NCBI GenBank assembly: GCA_019058445.1
Contig: JAHPZA010000006.1
Location: 416,001 to 480,000, forward strand
Length of the DNA stretch: 64,000 nt
Source: Promethearchaeota archaeon
GTDB lineage: Archaea; Asgardarchaeota; Lokiarchaeia; Sigyniarchaeales; SOKP01
Reading direction: 5' to 3'
The notes below the pieces were generated by a model. It was not told the origin of the DNA. It did not search any database and saw nothing but the letters and a program-made list of their open reading frames with translations. The translations under genes and the position numbers were made by a program. Numbering within the stretch: position 1 is the first letter of the stretch; every line of letters starts with the position of its first letter. Below, piece by piece: positions 11,050-21,891 of the stretch.

Positions 11050-11189
11050 CCTATTTAGATACCTCACATTGAACTTATCGTTGATTTTTAAAATTTTTTT
11101 ATCAGCTATAATTTAAAACCAACGTAAATTATAAATCTAACATAAAAAATTATTGATATGAAAACAAGAAAAAGTGAGAAATTGAAAGT

Positions 11190-11651
11190 ATGGCAGAAGA
11201 TTTCCAAAAAAAAAAAATTGAAGAATTAGAATCACAATTAGAAGTAAAAAATAAAGAAATTTCTAATTATCTCAATAGAATAGAATATCTAGAAGATACG
11301 ATAATGGAAATAGAAAATGATTCCTCTAAAGGAACTAAAAAAAGCGAAATTCCCTTATTAAAATTTCAAAAAGAGGAATTAGAAAGAAAATATCGTGAAT
11401 TGAAAGATAAAATGGGATATATACGTGCTGAGAATGTAAAACTAAAAATAGAACTTGAAAAGCAACGAAAATCTAATCCAAATTCAACTTCAATTCAAAT
11501 CGTTACTCAAAATCCCTTTTCAAATCAAGTTATTACCTCTCTCGCTAAAGATGTTGTCTATATCGAGAATGAAATTAAAAAAGCAGATATGAATAAAGAA
11601 GAAATTGTTCGGAAATTAAAGCATTTTATGAAGCTCATTAAGGATGGATAG
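11190..11651 (+). CDS. Coiled-coil hypothetical protein
   Basis: E/K-rich heptad pattern. Confidence 0.6.
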   Translation: MAEDFQKKKIEELESQLEVKNKEISNYLNRIEYLEDTIMEIENDSSKGTKKSEIPLLKFQKEELERKYRELKDKMGYIRAENVKLKIELEKQRKSNPNSTSIQIVTQNPFSNQVITSLAKDVVYIENEIKKADMNKEEIVRKLKHFMKLIKDG

Positions 11652-11803
11652 AATTTTATGGATATAAATCCAAACTTGAATGCCCTTCTTATTGGAATCC
11701 TTTTAAATAATCATAACAATAATAATTAAAATCAAAAGACTTAATTTTTCAAAGATCATTCCAATTAATTATCAATAAGTCAATATTTGAGAGATGAAAT
11801 TAA

Positions 11804-12487
11804 TTGATAAAAGAGGGAATATTAAAAGGGGCAGACCGTAAAGAACCGATCTGGAAAAAAACTAAACTTGGAGAACCCTTTAAGAAAGCATTAGACACAT
11901 TTAGGGAGAGTGTGCTTGGACGTGATGATTTTGATCCCACAGCATTATTACAATTTGGTTTGTTTATGTCAATGGCAGTAATTAATATGTTAAAAGAAAA
12001 TGAAGCCACTTTTGGTGTAGAAGGTCAAAAAGCAGCAAATAGGGCATTGATCAAAACAGGATATAATGTAGGAAAGGAAATTGTTGAAAGTGCGGAAATA
12101 CCACAAGATATTACTCCCATAGAATTAATGAGTTTTATAGCCACGATTATTAATACGCAAGCTTGGACTTCAATTGAGGACCCTACTATTGATAGCGAAG
12201 ATCAATGCTCATTTAATATATTATGGTGCCCATTACAGGATGTATACCGAGCATTTGATTGTAGAGTCCAGAGGTATTTGGTTCAAGGAATTATAGATGC
12301 ATTTAGGGAAAAAAATCCTTTTGGGAATGATTATCAGGTAGAATTCACTCAAACCATTCCGGCTGGCGCAAAACATTGCCGATTTGTTATTACAGAAAAA
12401 AAACCCGGTGAACTGGATAAATGGGAGGGATATTCAAAAATATTAGAGAAAAAAGCTATGAAAAGATTGAAAGAAAGACAAAAATAA
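11804..12487 (+). CDS. ATC-hydrolase/V4R-like ligand-binding protein
   Basis: WCP..DC..TQTIPAGAKHCRF Cys pattern. Confidence 0.55.
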   Translation: MIKEGILKGADRKEPIWKKTKLGEPFKKALDTFRESVLGRDDFDPTALLQFGLFMSMAVINMLKENEATFGVEGQKAANRALIKTGYNVGKEIVESAEIPQDITPIELMSFIATIINTQAWTSIEDPTIDSEDQCSFNILWCPLQDVYRAFDCRVQRYLVQGIIDAFREKNPFGNDYQVEFTQTIPAGAKHCRFVITEKKPGELDKWEGYSKILEKKAMKRLKERQK

Positions 12488-12674
12488 CTATTATTTTTCC
12501 TTCTAAAAACTTTTAACATTAATTTTATGTTTTTTTATTTTTGGAATTGAATATAGGATTGTAAATTCAATAATAAATAGCTCAAAAAACTTACTTAGTA
12601 TAATAAGTTTTATATAAAAATGAGAGAGAATTATTATTTAAAAGTCTTAAAATTTTATTAAAAAAAGTGATTTT

Positions 12675-14069
12675 ATGTCTGATAAAAGTATAATCCCAAC
12701 ATATACTATAAATGATAAACTTATATGGAGTTTGGCGAGTCTAGGAGGATCAATAATTTCTGGAATATTTGCAGCATTACTTCTCTATTTTTATCAAGTT
12801 TATTTAGGTTTGGATGCGTTCTTGATAGCGATTGCCGCAGCGATTTATGCAATCTGGAATGCAATAAACGATCCGCTTTTTGGCTATATTTCTGATTCAA
12901 AAAGCTACAAAAAAAAGGGTCGGCGTATACCTTACATGAGATACACAACTCCGTTATTGGCCTTTGGATTTATCTTGGTTTGGTTCGTACCGTTAACATT
13001 GGACAATTTTTCCATCTTTTTATGGATGTTAATTTCAATGTTAATATATGATACGGCCTATACGATAATTTTTCTCATGCAATCTGCTTTATTACCGGAA
13101 ATTACTGAAGATGACCACGAAAGAGGTGAGTTCAATAAATATGCAGGGCTTTTCTATCTTATAGGAGTAATTATCGGATTTGTCATTCCCGAACTTTTAC
13201 GGCCTAAGGTTGGTCAAATATCATTAATACCGTTATACATAGGAGTAATAGCTGTGGGAATTATAGGTTCCATATTTATCGTAATTCCAACATATAGGTT
13301 CCATGAACGTCCGGAATTCACGCTTGTTGACGAACCTGTAGGCCTTGTTGATGCCATTAAATACACTTTTAAAAGCAAAGCATTTATAATAGTTGCGTGC
13401 GCCAATTTCATGAGTATCTTTATGCAACAGATACTCTTAGGATTAATGTTCTATTTGGGAGATTATGTCTTGCGCACTTCTACTCTCTATTTAGTTTTAT
13501 CTTTATTTGTTGGGTTAGTAATTGGTACGTTATTTGCTAATATCCTAGCGGGAAAATTAGGGGTAGTAAAGGCACAGCAAGTACTATTAATTATTGGTGC
13601 AATCTTCCTAATGGTAATCCCCTTCGTTCCTAATTTTTTTATTTATGTATGCTTATTTTTTGCTGGAGTTGGAATATCGGGACCATTAGTTTTGACTAAT
13701 GTGCTTTTTGCTCAAGTTGCCGATGAGGACGAAACTATATCAGGTGTAAGGAGAGAAGCTATGTTTTTTGGAACAAACGCACTCATAACTAAACCTGCTC
13801 AATCTGTTGCCATAGCAGTAGCCGCTATTTTATTGCAGTTATCTGGTTTCATACCAGCTGGAGAGAAAGGAATAGTTCTTGATCAACCTGAATCTGCAAT
13901 ATTTATGATGAAAATAGTAGTTGGTTTTCTTCCGGGACTTGCTCTTTTGATCGGCGCACTAATTTATATTTGGTATCCCCTGAAAGGTGAATATTTAACG
14001 AAAGTTCAAGAAAAAGTATTAAGGATGCATGAAGAAAAGCATGCAAAATTAATGGAAAGACAATCTTAA
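12675..14069 (+). CDS. MFS glycoside-pentoside-hexuronide (GPH) transporter
   Basis: WNAINDPLFGYISD, GRRIPY, RREAMFFG; about 12 TM. Confidence 0.9.
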   Translation: MSDKSIIPTYTINDKLIWSLASLGGSIISGIFAALLLYFYQVYLGLDAFLIAIAAAIYAIWNAINDPLFGYISDSKSYKKKGRRIPYMRYTTPLLAFGFILVWFVPLTLDNFSIFLWMLISMLIYDTAYTIIFLMQSALLPEITEDDHERGEFNKYAGLFYLIGVIIGFVIPELLRPKVGQISLIPLYIGVIAVGIIGSIFIVIPTYRFHERPEFTLVDEPVGLVDAIKYTFKSKAFIIVACANFMSIFMQQILLGLMFYLGDYVLRTSTLYLVLSLFVGLVIGTLFANILAGKLGVVKAQQVLLIIGAIFLMVIPFVPNFFIYVCLFFAGVGISGPLVLTNVLFAQVADEDETISGVRREAMFFGTNALITKPAQSVAIAVAAILLQLSGFIPAGEKGIVLDQPESAIFMMKIVVGFLPGLALLIGALIYIWYPLKGEYLTKVQEKVLRMHEEKHAKLMERQS

Positions 14070-14132
14070 AAATAAATTCTCTTTTTTTTCCTTTTTTAAA
14101 CTCATAATAGTAAAAATAAGACTGAGTTTTCT

Positions 14133-15758
14133 TTATTTATGTTTTAAAATCTGCCCATTTAAAGTTCCAATATGATTTCCTCTCTCAACCGTAATTTTAC
14201 CATTCACAATAACATAATCAATACCAACAGGGTATTGACAGCCGTTCTTATATGTTGCTTTATCAATGATAATTTCGGGATCGAATATAACTAAATCAGC
14301 TTTATATCCTGGCTTAATTATGCCCCGATTCTTTAAATGAAGGATAGAGGCTGGTAATGAAGTCATTTTTCTAATTGCTTCCTCTAGTGATATAATTTTT
14401 TTTTCTCTCACAAATCGGCTTAATATTCTGGGAAATGTACCGTAAGCGCGAGGATGAGTGTTTCCTTCTAGAGGGATTATACCATCTGATCCAATACTTA
14501 CAAAGTCTTGTTTAAACAGAGATCTTATGCTTTTTCTTTCATTCATCATTTTCATAGAAACCATTATGGCCCCCTCCTCATCCCTTATGAAATCTAGTAA
14601 AGCATCAAGAGTATTTTCATTCGGATAAAGAGTTTTTAATGCTTTTTCTAACTTAAAACCTTGAATTTCTTTATTATATAACACAGAAATGATATTAGTG
14701 TTTCTCCCTAAATAAGAGATGATCCCCTCTATTATTTCTGATTTTGAAATACCTTCAGGAACGTTTTTTATATAATTTGTTGTTAGTGTATTTAAAATTT
14801 CATTGATAATCCTTTTTCTCACTTCAGGATTTGTCAAATTTTCCTTAAAATTAGCGTAAACCCATGGCTTCAGTAAGAGCCCTGACAAGCTAGATGAGCT
14901 TGCCTCGTATGGATAAATATCTGCGTGGATATTGAGCCCCTCACTACGAGCTTTTTTGATAAATGCTATCATTTCCGGGGTTAAATCCCAAGCTGTACTA
15001 CTCACTGCTTTCCAATGTGAAATCTGAGCTTGAACTTCTGCCTTACGAGCAATCTCTACGAGTTCGGTCATGCCCGTATCAATCACATTGGTCCCTTCAT
15101 TTCTCATATGGGAATCATATATCCCGTTATATTCACTAACAACTTTTGCGAGTTCAATTATCTCTTCTGTAGATGTAATTATACCAGGTGAATAAATAAG
15201 GCCCGTGGATAATCCAAATGCACCTGCTTCCATTCCTCTTCTAATAATCGTTTTCATTATCTCAAGTTCCTTATTAGTAGCAGTTCGATCTTCCATGCCT
15301 AAAACGCTCGCCCTTACATTCCCATGTGGTATAAAAAACGCTAAATTTGGAGAAATTCCTTTTTTCTCGAGTAGCTCCATATATTTTTGAATCGTATCAT
15401 ACAATTGTAGTTTTGAAGAGCCAAACATGTTGGTGACAAAATTAGCATAGTAGTTTCGTACCTTATCATTGGCAGGGGCGAGTCCTAAACCACACATTCC
15501 CACAACTAGAGTTGTCACTCCTTGCATAATACTCGGTTCAGCCTTATTAATTTGGAGAATCGTCAGATCGGCATGTGAATGCATATCGATAAATCCTGGA
15601 GCAATAATTTTACTCGTAGCATCAATTAGAATGTTTCCATTTGATGCTAAATTAGGTCCGATTTCCTTAATTTCCTCATTTTCTATCAATAGCTCACTTT
15701 TATATTGTGGGGTACCAGTTCCGTCAATAATTGAGCCATTCTTTATTAGAATTCCCAT
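14133..15758 (-). CDS. N-acyl-D-amino-acid deacylase (D-aminoacylase)
   Basis: PGFIDMHSH, GLSTGLIY, SHMRNEG, HPRAYGTFPR, ADLVIFDP. Confidence 0.9.
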   Translation of the reverse strand: MGILIKNGSIIDGTGTPQYKSELLIENEEIKEIGPNLASNGNILIDATSKIIAPGFIDMHSHADLTILQINKAEPSIMQGVTTLVVGMCGLGLAPANDKVRNYYANFVTNMFGSSKLQLYDTIQKYMELLEKKGISPNLAFFIPHGNVRASVLGMEDRTATNKELEIMKTIIRRGMEAGAFGLSTGLIYSPGIITSTEEIIELAKVVSEYNGIYDSHMRNEGTNVIDTGMTELVEIARKAEVQAQISHWKAVSSTAWDLTPEMIAFIKKARSEGLNIHADIYPYEASSSSLSGLLLKPWVYANFKENLTNPEVRKRIINEILNTLTTNYIKNVPEGISKSEIIEGIISYLGRNTNIISVLYNKEIQGFKLEKALKTLYPNENTLDALLDFIRDEEGAIMVSMKMMNERKSIRSLFKQDFVSIGSDGIIPLEGNTHPRAYGTFPRILSRFVREKKIISLEEAIRKMTSLPASILHLKNRGIIKPGYKADLVIFDPEIIIDKATYKNGCQYPVGIDYVIVNGKITVERGNHIGTLNGQILKHK

Positions 15759-15868
15759 AAAAAATCTCTTTTCATTTTCAAATAATCTATTAAGTTAGTT
15801 AATTTAGATAATCAGAAAAATTTTAAATCAGTTTAGAATTATACTCTTAAATTTAAAGGTGAATTAAT

Positions 15869-17170
15869 ATGGCTAATGTCAGTTCAAAAATAGAAAAGAA
15901 TAATGTACCCGAAATAAAAGAGAAGCATCTACCCCAAAAATTTAACTACATGAAAAATAAAGTGGTTGTACTCCCATTAGATGAATATTCACCAGAAAAA
16001 ATTCAAAAAACTTTACGATCCATAATCAATATGTTAGGAATTAAGGAGTACATCGCCAATAAATCAGTTTTGCTAAAACCTAACCTTCTCGCTCCATCGA
16101 AAAATGCATTTACTCCTCCCGAAATTGTGTTGGAATTAATTAAACTTATAAAAACAGATATGCTTGCAAAAGAAGTGCTCGTTGGCGACTCCACAATGAC
16201 CAAAAAATTAACTAGTATTACTTTTAAAAGAAGTAAATTCAATGATATTTGTGAAGCAGAAAAGGTTAAAACTCTTAACTTTTTTGAATCTGAACGAATT
16301 AAAGTCAATTTAAATAATCCTGTATATGACGTTGAAGAAATAATTTATTTACCAAGAGAAATTAAGGACATTGATATAATTATTAATCTACCCAAGTTAA
16401 AAACTCATAATGGATATGTTTATACCGGTGCGATTAAAAATCTTTTTGGTCTTTTAGGAAATAAAATGAACATGCATATGACGCATAAAAATAAAATAGA
16501 ATTTCAAAAAATGCTCGCAGACATATTTTTTGCAGTAGAAGAAACTAATAGTAGCGATTTCCCCAAGATTTTAACTATTATGGATGCAGTCATAGCAATG
16601 GAGGGTAAAGGTCCTAGAGCAGGTAAACCAAGGAAAATTGGCCTTATGATAGCGGGATTTAATCCTGCAGCGGTAGATATTGTAGGATATACATTAATGA
16701 ATGGAAATCCGACTAATTTAGATGCCATAACCTCATTAGCAAAAAGAACGGAACTTCCTGTTGATATTAATCAGTTAGACATTATTGGAATAGATAACAT
16801 TAATAATTTCATTATTAAAGACTTTAAAAAACCTAAAATTTCCCTCCTGAAAAAGGATCGGATTAGAGAGGGTACTCTTATTTCAAAATTATCAGAAAAA
16901 TTAATGAAAATATCTATAAAAATCAATCGCAAACGATGCATCCTCTGTGAAGAGTGTGTGAGACACTGCCCTGCGGAAGCCTTAGTCAAGAAAAACGATC
17001 GGATTTTTGTTGATCATGATAAGTGTATTGAATGCTTTTGTTGCGGAGAAAGTTGCCCTAATAATGCCATAAGTGCTAAATTTTACATCTTTAGAGTTCT
17101 CCCCTTGGCAATTTTATTGTTTAGTATAGCAGCAATAATTATCCTATGGTTCATAACTTCTCTCTTTTAA
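15869..17170 (+). CDS. DUF362 domain protein with C-terminal 2x[4Fe-4S] domain and TM tail
   Basis: LLKPNL, INLPKLKTH..TGAIKNLFG, MEGKGP, two CxxCxxCxxxCP motifs. Confidence 0.85.
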   Translation: MANVSSKIEKNNVPEIKEKHLPQKFNYMKNKVVVLPLDEYSPEKIQKTLRSIINMLGIKEYIANKSVLLKPNLLAPSKNAFTPPEIVLELIKLIKTDMLAKEVLVGDSTMTKKLTSITFKRSKFNDICEAEKVKTLNFFESERIKVNLNNPVYDVEEIIYLPREIKDIDIIINLPKLKTHNGYVYTGAIKNLFGLLGNKMNMHMTHKNKIEFQKMLADIFFAVEETNSSDFPKILTIMDAVIAMEGKGPRAGKPRKIGLMIAGFNPAAVDIVGYTLMNGNPTNLDAITSLAKRTELPVDINQLDIIGIDNINNFIIKDFKKPKISLLKKDRIREGTLISKLSEKLMKISIKINRKRCILCEECVRHCPAEALVKKNDRIFVDHDKCIECFCCGESCPNNAISAKFYIFRVLPLAILLFSIAAIIILWFITSLF

Positions 17171-17305
17171 ATTGTAGTTTTCAATTATTAGGAAAACTTA
17201 CAAATTTGCTTTATTATCATAAAAATATCTCTTCTCCTTGAATCTCTTTCAACTTTAACCTCATAAATTTAAATATCTTTCTTCTCTTATTATAATGATA
17301 CCTCA

Positions 17306-18349
17306 ATGAGAGAAAATAAGAAGAATTTCCCAGTTGGAAAACTCAAACACGACTTTTTAGCTAGAATACTTGATAATTTCATTTCTGATTTAGCTATTCA
17401 AGACGAAAGAGTAATTATGGGATCTAAAATTGGAGAAGACGCGGCTGTAATTGATATGGGGGAAAAATATTTAATTGCAAAAACGGATCCCATTACATTT
17501 GCTACAGATGAAATAGGCTATTATGCTGTAAATGTTAATGTAAATGATGTAGTATGCACGGGTGCTAAACCAAAGTGGTTTCAATCCACTATTTTATTAC
17601 CCGAAAAAAATACAACTGAACAATCTATTGAAAGTATTTTTAAAAGTATCCATGATACATGCAAGTCTATGAATATAACGGTAATTGGGGGGCACACAGA
17701 AGTGACTCCTCGGCTTGATAGGCCAATTGTAATTGGTTCTTTATTGGGGGAAGTTGAAAAAGAAAAGCTTGTTTTAACCTCTGGGGCAAAACCAGGAGAT
17801 GCGATTATTTTAACAAAAGGAATATTTATAGAAGGGACGGCTATAATTGGCCGTGAAAAAGAAACAGAACTCTTAAAAAGAGGTTTTGATTTGTCATTTA
17901 TAAACACATGTAAAAATTACCTCTTTGAACCAGGTATAAGTGTTTTTAAGGAAGCACTTTTAGCCGGAGAAAACTTTGAGATTAATTCTTTTCATGATCC
18001 AACGGAAGGTGGCTTATACTGCGGCATCGCAGAAATGGCAATAGCTTCTGAAACGGGAGTCCTCGTTGAAGAAGAAAGAATAAAAGTGCTACCAGAACCA
18101 TTAGAATTAAGTAAGATTTATAATTTAAATCCGATGGGAACTATATCTTCAGGTTCATTATTGATTACTTTACGCGATGATAATGAGGAATTCTCTAAAT
18201 TAATTGATATTTTAAATAAAAACAACATTTTAGCTAATAAAATCGGTAATGTTGTAGATAAAAAGAAAGGGCTAATGATAAGAAGAAAAGATGGAAAAAT
18301 CCAACCTCTAAAATACTCTGAAACGGACGAAATTACCAAAATATTCTAA
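17306..18349 (+). CDS. AIR synthase-related protein (HypE/ThiL-like)
   Basis: GEDAAV, KTDPIT, NVND, GGHTE, HDPTEGG. Confidence 0.85.
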   Translation: MRENKKNFPVGKLKHDFLARILDNFISDLAIQDERVIMGSKIGEDAAVIDMGEKYLIAKTDPITFATDEIGYYAVNVNVNDVVCTGAKPKWFQSTILLPEKNTTEQSIESIFKSIHDTCKSMNITVIGGHTEVTPRLDRPIVIGSLLGEVEKEKLVLTSGAKPGDAIILTKGIFIEGTAIIGREKETELLKRGFDLSFINTCKNYLFEPGISVFKEALLAGENFEINSFHDPTEGGLYCGIAEMAIASETGVLVEEERIKVLPEPLELSKIYNLNPMGTISSGSLLITLRDDNEEFSKLIDILNKNNILANKIGNVVDKKKGLMIRRKDGKIQPLKYSETDEITKIF

Positions 18350-18497
18350 ATAAACTCAGAATTTCAAGATAAATCATTATTTACCGAATATTTTTATATT
18401 CAGAATTTAAACTAATATTATATCTACATAATTTATTTTTGATTAATCTTTTATATTGATATCAACATCGACATATTGATCTATAAATTGGTTCAAA

Positions 18498-20429
18498 GTG
18501 GTAAATAAAGAATTAACTGAGATTCTAAATCAACTCAGTGAGATCTTTTCTGAGGAAATCTTTAATCTTAAAATGCATAAAAAAGCCTACTTCAATATTT
18601 TAGAAAAGAATAAAGATAAGTTCGAGAAATTCTTAGATCTCATAAGATCAAAATGGTTGGAATTTAAAAAAGTTAATCAGAAAAGAGTAATAAAGAAAAC
18701 ATTTACCAGCTTTTTATACATTAATTTCCATCAGTTCTTTAAATTATATTTACAGGATTTTTTTGGATTTGAAGCTGATTCCTTAGAACTAATTATAAAA
18801 GAAAATATATCAGATGATACTCTACTTTTAGAATACAAGTATCATTTAACCTCTGAAGAGATAGATCTTTATGAAGCTACTTCTAAAAAAGTTAAAGGTA
18901 ACCTTTATGGTTTACTATTCTTTACAGGATATTTATATCTTTTAACTGATGTCATAGGGATTTTAATTAGAAAGACGATAGGAGAGAAAATCTTAATTAA
19001 TCTCGATTGTGGAATAATAAAAAACGAAGATGACCATAATTTTCTAAATTTCTTGATATTAATTAGAAGTGATAAAAAAGAAGTTTATGTAAATTACTTT
19101 TATATGACATTATATTACTTTCTTAAACAATTTAAAGGAATCCCAGATGAATATTATGATAGATTGCTTAAAGGAAGAGAAAGATTATACCAAATTGCAT
19201 TGGATCAATACCCTACGGTAAAAGAGAGATTAGCCAATTTACTATATTATTTTTATAAAAAATGTAATTTATTAGAAAACTTCTGTCCCTTGTTAGATTT
19301 TTTAAACTTTGTATGCTCGCGTGTTGAAGACTCTTCGTTTTCTAAACATGATGTTATTAGAAAAGAGTTTTTAGATAATTTTGATTATACTATTGAAAAA
19401 AAAAATTCATTAACCAGAATTTTCGATTTCTTGGATCAGAAAAGTACCCTTTATAGTACGTTTCAAGCAAATAATCTTCCATCTCAAAAATCTCAATTTA
19501 ATTTATTTTTACTGATAATGAAATATTACTTTGCGAGTGGATTAGAAGCTTTTGAAGTGAGTGACTTACTATTTCTACCCGAGACGTTTAAAAAGAGGTT
19601 GAATCAACATAATAAATCTGTGAAGGAAGGAGTAATAGGATCAAATATTATCAATGATATAAATGAATTTATTAACTACTTTGCAATTTTGTCAAACAGT
19701 GGGGATATAAATAGCAATTTTAAAACAATATTTAATAAGGAAGTCTCTCAAATGAATTATCGATTTTTTAGGTCCTTTTTAAAGAGTTTTAATACGAAAT
19801 TTTTATCTTTAATAGATAAAGAGAATGAGATATTATCTGAGAACCCGAAAAATGAGCTTTATACATTTAATATTATTGTAGACCATATTTCCAGAATGTT
19901 ATACGTATTAATAGATAAAATTTTCCTCACTTCATCCAATCCCGATGACTCTTCAAAAAATTTTATTGATCCTCGAGGAAGATATATAGGGAAAAATATT
20001 GCTTTAAGAGTTCTTGAACTTTTTATTTTCCAAGAATTTAATTATTCAGATGATATCTGGCCCGAGATATTGATCTCTCTAAATGCTAATAAGGTTAAAA
20101 AAGATTTGAAAAATATTGTGGATATTCCTAATAAATCCTTTTATAATGATAAAGATTTAACCAAGTTTGTCACTACTTATAATCTGCAATCACTTAGTCC
20201 TGCATTATTTTTTGAAGAATGGTTAATAAATGAAATTATCTTGCCACTCAATAAGTTTATTTTGCATATTAGAAAATTAGTAAAGGACCCTTTTAATAAA
20301 AAAGAAATTACAGAACAACTTTTTAATTATTTCCGCAAGGATCGCAAGACGATAGATAAGAGAACATTAAATGAATTGAAATTTGTAAGTGAGCGACTTG
20401 CTCAATTTTGGGTTAGGAAATCGAATTAA
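18498..20429 (+). CDS. Large hypothetical protein
   Basis: 643-aa ORF with no recognised motif. Confidence 0.6.
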   Translation: MVNKELTEILNQLSEIFSEEIFNLKMHKKAYFNILEKNKDKFEKFLDLIRSKWLEFKKVNQKRVIKKTFTSFLYINFHQFFKLYLQDFFGFEADSLELIIKENISDDTLLLEYKYHLTSEEIDLYEATSKKVKGNLYGLLFFTGYLYLLTDVIGILIRKTIGEKILINLDCGIIKNEDDHNFLNFLILIRSDKKEVYVNYFYMTLYYFLKQFKGIPDEYYDRLLKGRERLYQIALDQYPTVKERLANLLYYFYKKCNLLENFCPLLDFLNFVCSRVEDSSFSKHDVIRKEFLDNFDYTIEKKNSLTRIFDFLDQKSTLYSTFQANNLPSQKSQFNLFLLIMKYYFASGLEAFEVSDLLFLPETFKKRLNQHNKSVKEGVIGSNIINDINEFINYFAILSNSGDINSNFKTIFNKEVSQMNYRFFRSFLKSFNTKFLSLIDKENEILSENPKNELYTFNIIVDHISRMLYVLIDKIFLTSSNPDDSSKNFIDPRGRYIGKNIALRVLELFIFQEFNYSDDIWPEILISLNANKVKKDLKNIVDIPNKSFYNDKDLTKFVTTYNLQSLSPALFFEEWLINEIILPLNKFILHIRKLVKDPFNKKEITEQLFNYFRKDRKTIDKRTLNELKFVSERLAQFWVRKSN

Positions 20430-20433
20430 TATT

Positions 20434-20949
20434 CTACTTTAAATCAAAAATTTCTAAAAATTTTTGAAATTCTTTTTCAATATTCACAATAGGTAGGTCT
20501 AAAATTTCTGAATTTCTATCATTTTCTTTACAAATTAATCCTGAAATCATTCTTACATCAATAGATAATTGAGACTCAATCTCTTTAAAATTTTTTGCGC
20601 ATAATATTGTAGGATAGTTCAGATTTCTAAATCCTTCAATAAAAATTAAGTCTACATTAAATGGACCAAGGGAAATCCATTTAATTACTTCTTCGATTTC
20701 AATTTTATTCTTGATAAAAATAACAGTCTCATTAAAATCATTCATTGTAATGGCAAATTTTGCCCCTGCTTGAGAATATTCGTATGTATCCTTTCCCTCT
20801 TTATCAATTTGATGCTCATGAATGTATTTAATAACTGCTGCATTGAGATTTAGTTTACTTTTTAGACCTTTAATAGCTTTAAGAATAAAATGAGTTTTTC
20901 CGCTTCCAGAATATCCAATTAATCCTATAACTTTAAGATTAGACTGCAT
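20434..20949 (-). CDS. mobB: Molybdopterin-guanine dinucleotide biosynthesis protein B
   Basis: GYSGSGKT P-loop, GKDT..AGA, FIEGFR. Confidence 0.88.
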   Translation of the reverse strand: MQSNLKVIGLIGYSGSGKTHFILKAIKGLKSKLNLNAAVIKYIHEHQIDKEGKDTYEYSQAGAKFAITMNDFNETVIFIKNKIEIEEVIKWISLGPFNVDLIFIEGFRNLNYPTILCAKNFKEIESQLSIDVRMISGLICKENDRNSEILDLPIVNIEKEFQKFLEIFDLK

Positions 20950-21337
20950 TTTTCTTGACTTACTTAAAATCTATTATTTTGTAAGTTAGTTTGACCTAAG
21001 GATTTAGTGGATTTATATTTAATTATTCTATTAAATCAGCATCTATGATAATTTCCCTTAATATTTCTGTTTGTTTTGTAATTGTTAAAAATACGGGTAA
21101 TTCCGACAAAAAAACTAGCATTAAATATATGCATATTATGGATTATCTAAGTTCTTAGAAAAGATCGAGACTTCTATAAATTTAAGAGCTTAAAATCAAC
21201 TCTATCATGTATCTATCTTCCGGAATTTTAATTCTAGGTTAATAATTAAATATAAATAATAATTGACTTCAATTTTTCTTTAAATAATTACAGTTTTTGA
21301 GAATAATTTGCTTAACTTGATATAGAGAAGCAATATT

Positions 21338-21769
21338 ATGATTGCTAAAACCTATAAAAAAAGATATCAAGATATTATCGAAGAAACCTATTATATTCCT
21401 CAGGTATCTAAGTTAAATTTGAACGAATTTCAAAAAAGGAAGTCATCACTCATTTCAGAACTAACTTTTTTACTTACTACTCATAATAATTCAAAAAATG
21501 AGTATACTAATATATCGAAATTAATCATCTCAACGTTAAACGCTCCTGAAGCGTATTTCTTAGATAAAATATTTTCCTTTAAAAAAATTAATCCATTTGA
21601 ATGTTTTGATTTGAAAGATTATCTTGTAACGATTAAAAAAGTCAGCAGTTTACTAGGGCAAAATTCGTTTCTGCCAGTTCAAAAAATCTTAGAAAATTGT
21701 AATCTTGAAAGATTTTTCATAAAGCTCTTTTTAAAAGATTTTCTATTAAATAATCAGTATCTCAAATAA
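21338..21769 (+). CDS. Hypothetical protein
   Basis: 143-aa ORF only. Confidence 0.45.
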   Translation: MIAKTYKKRYQDIIEETYYIPQVSKLNLNEFQKRKSSLISELTFLLTTHNNSKNEYTNISKLIISTLNAPEAYFLDKIFSFKKINPFECFDLKDYLVTIKKVSSLLGQNSFLPVQKILENCNLERFFIKLFLKDFLLNNQYLK

Positions 21770-21891
21770 AATACATTATGGCAAACCAGCTCACTACCTT
21801 ATGGAGGTTCTACAATTCAGCAAATATTATTAAAGTTTTCATACATATTTATAATATATTTTCAACATTTACAAAATAGTACTGTGAATTT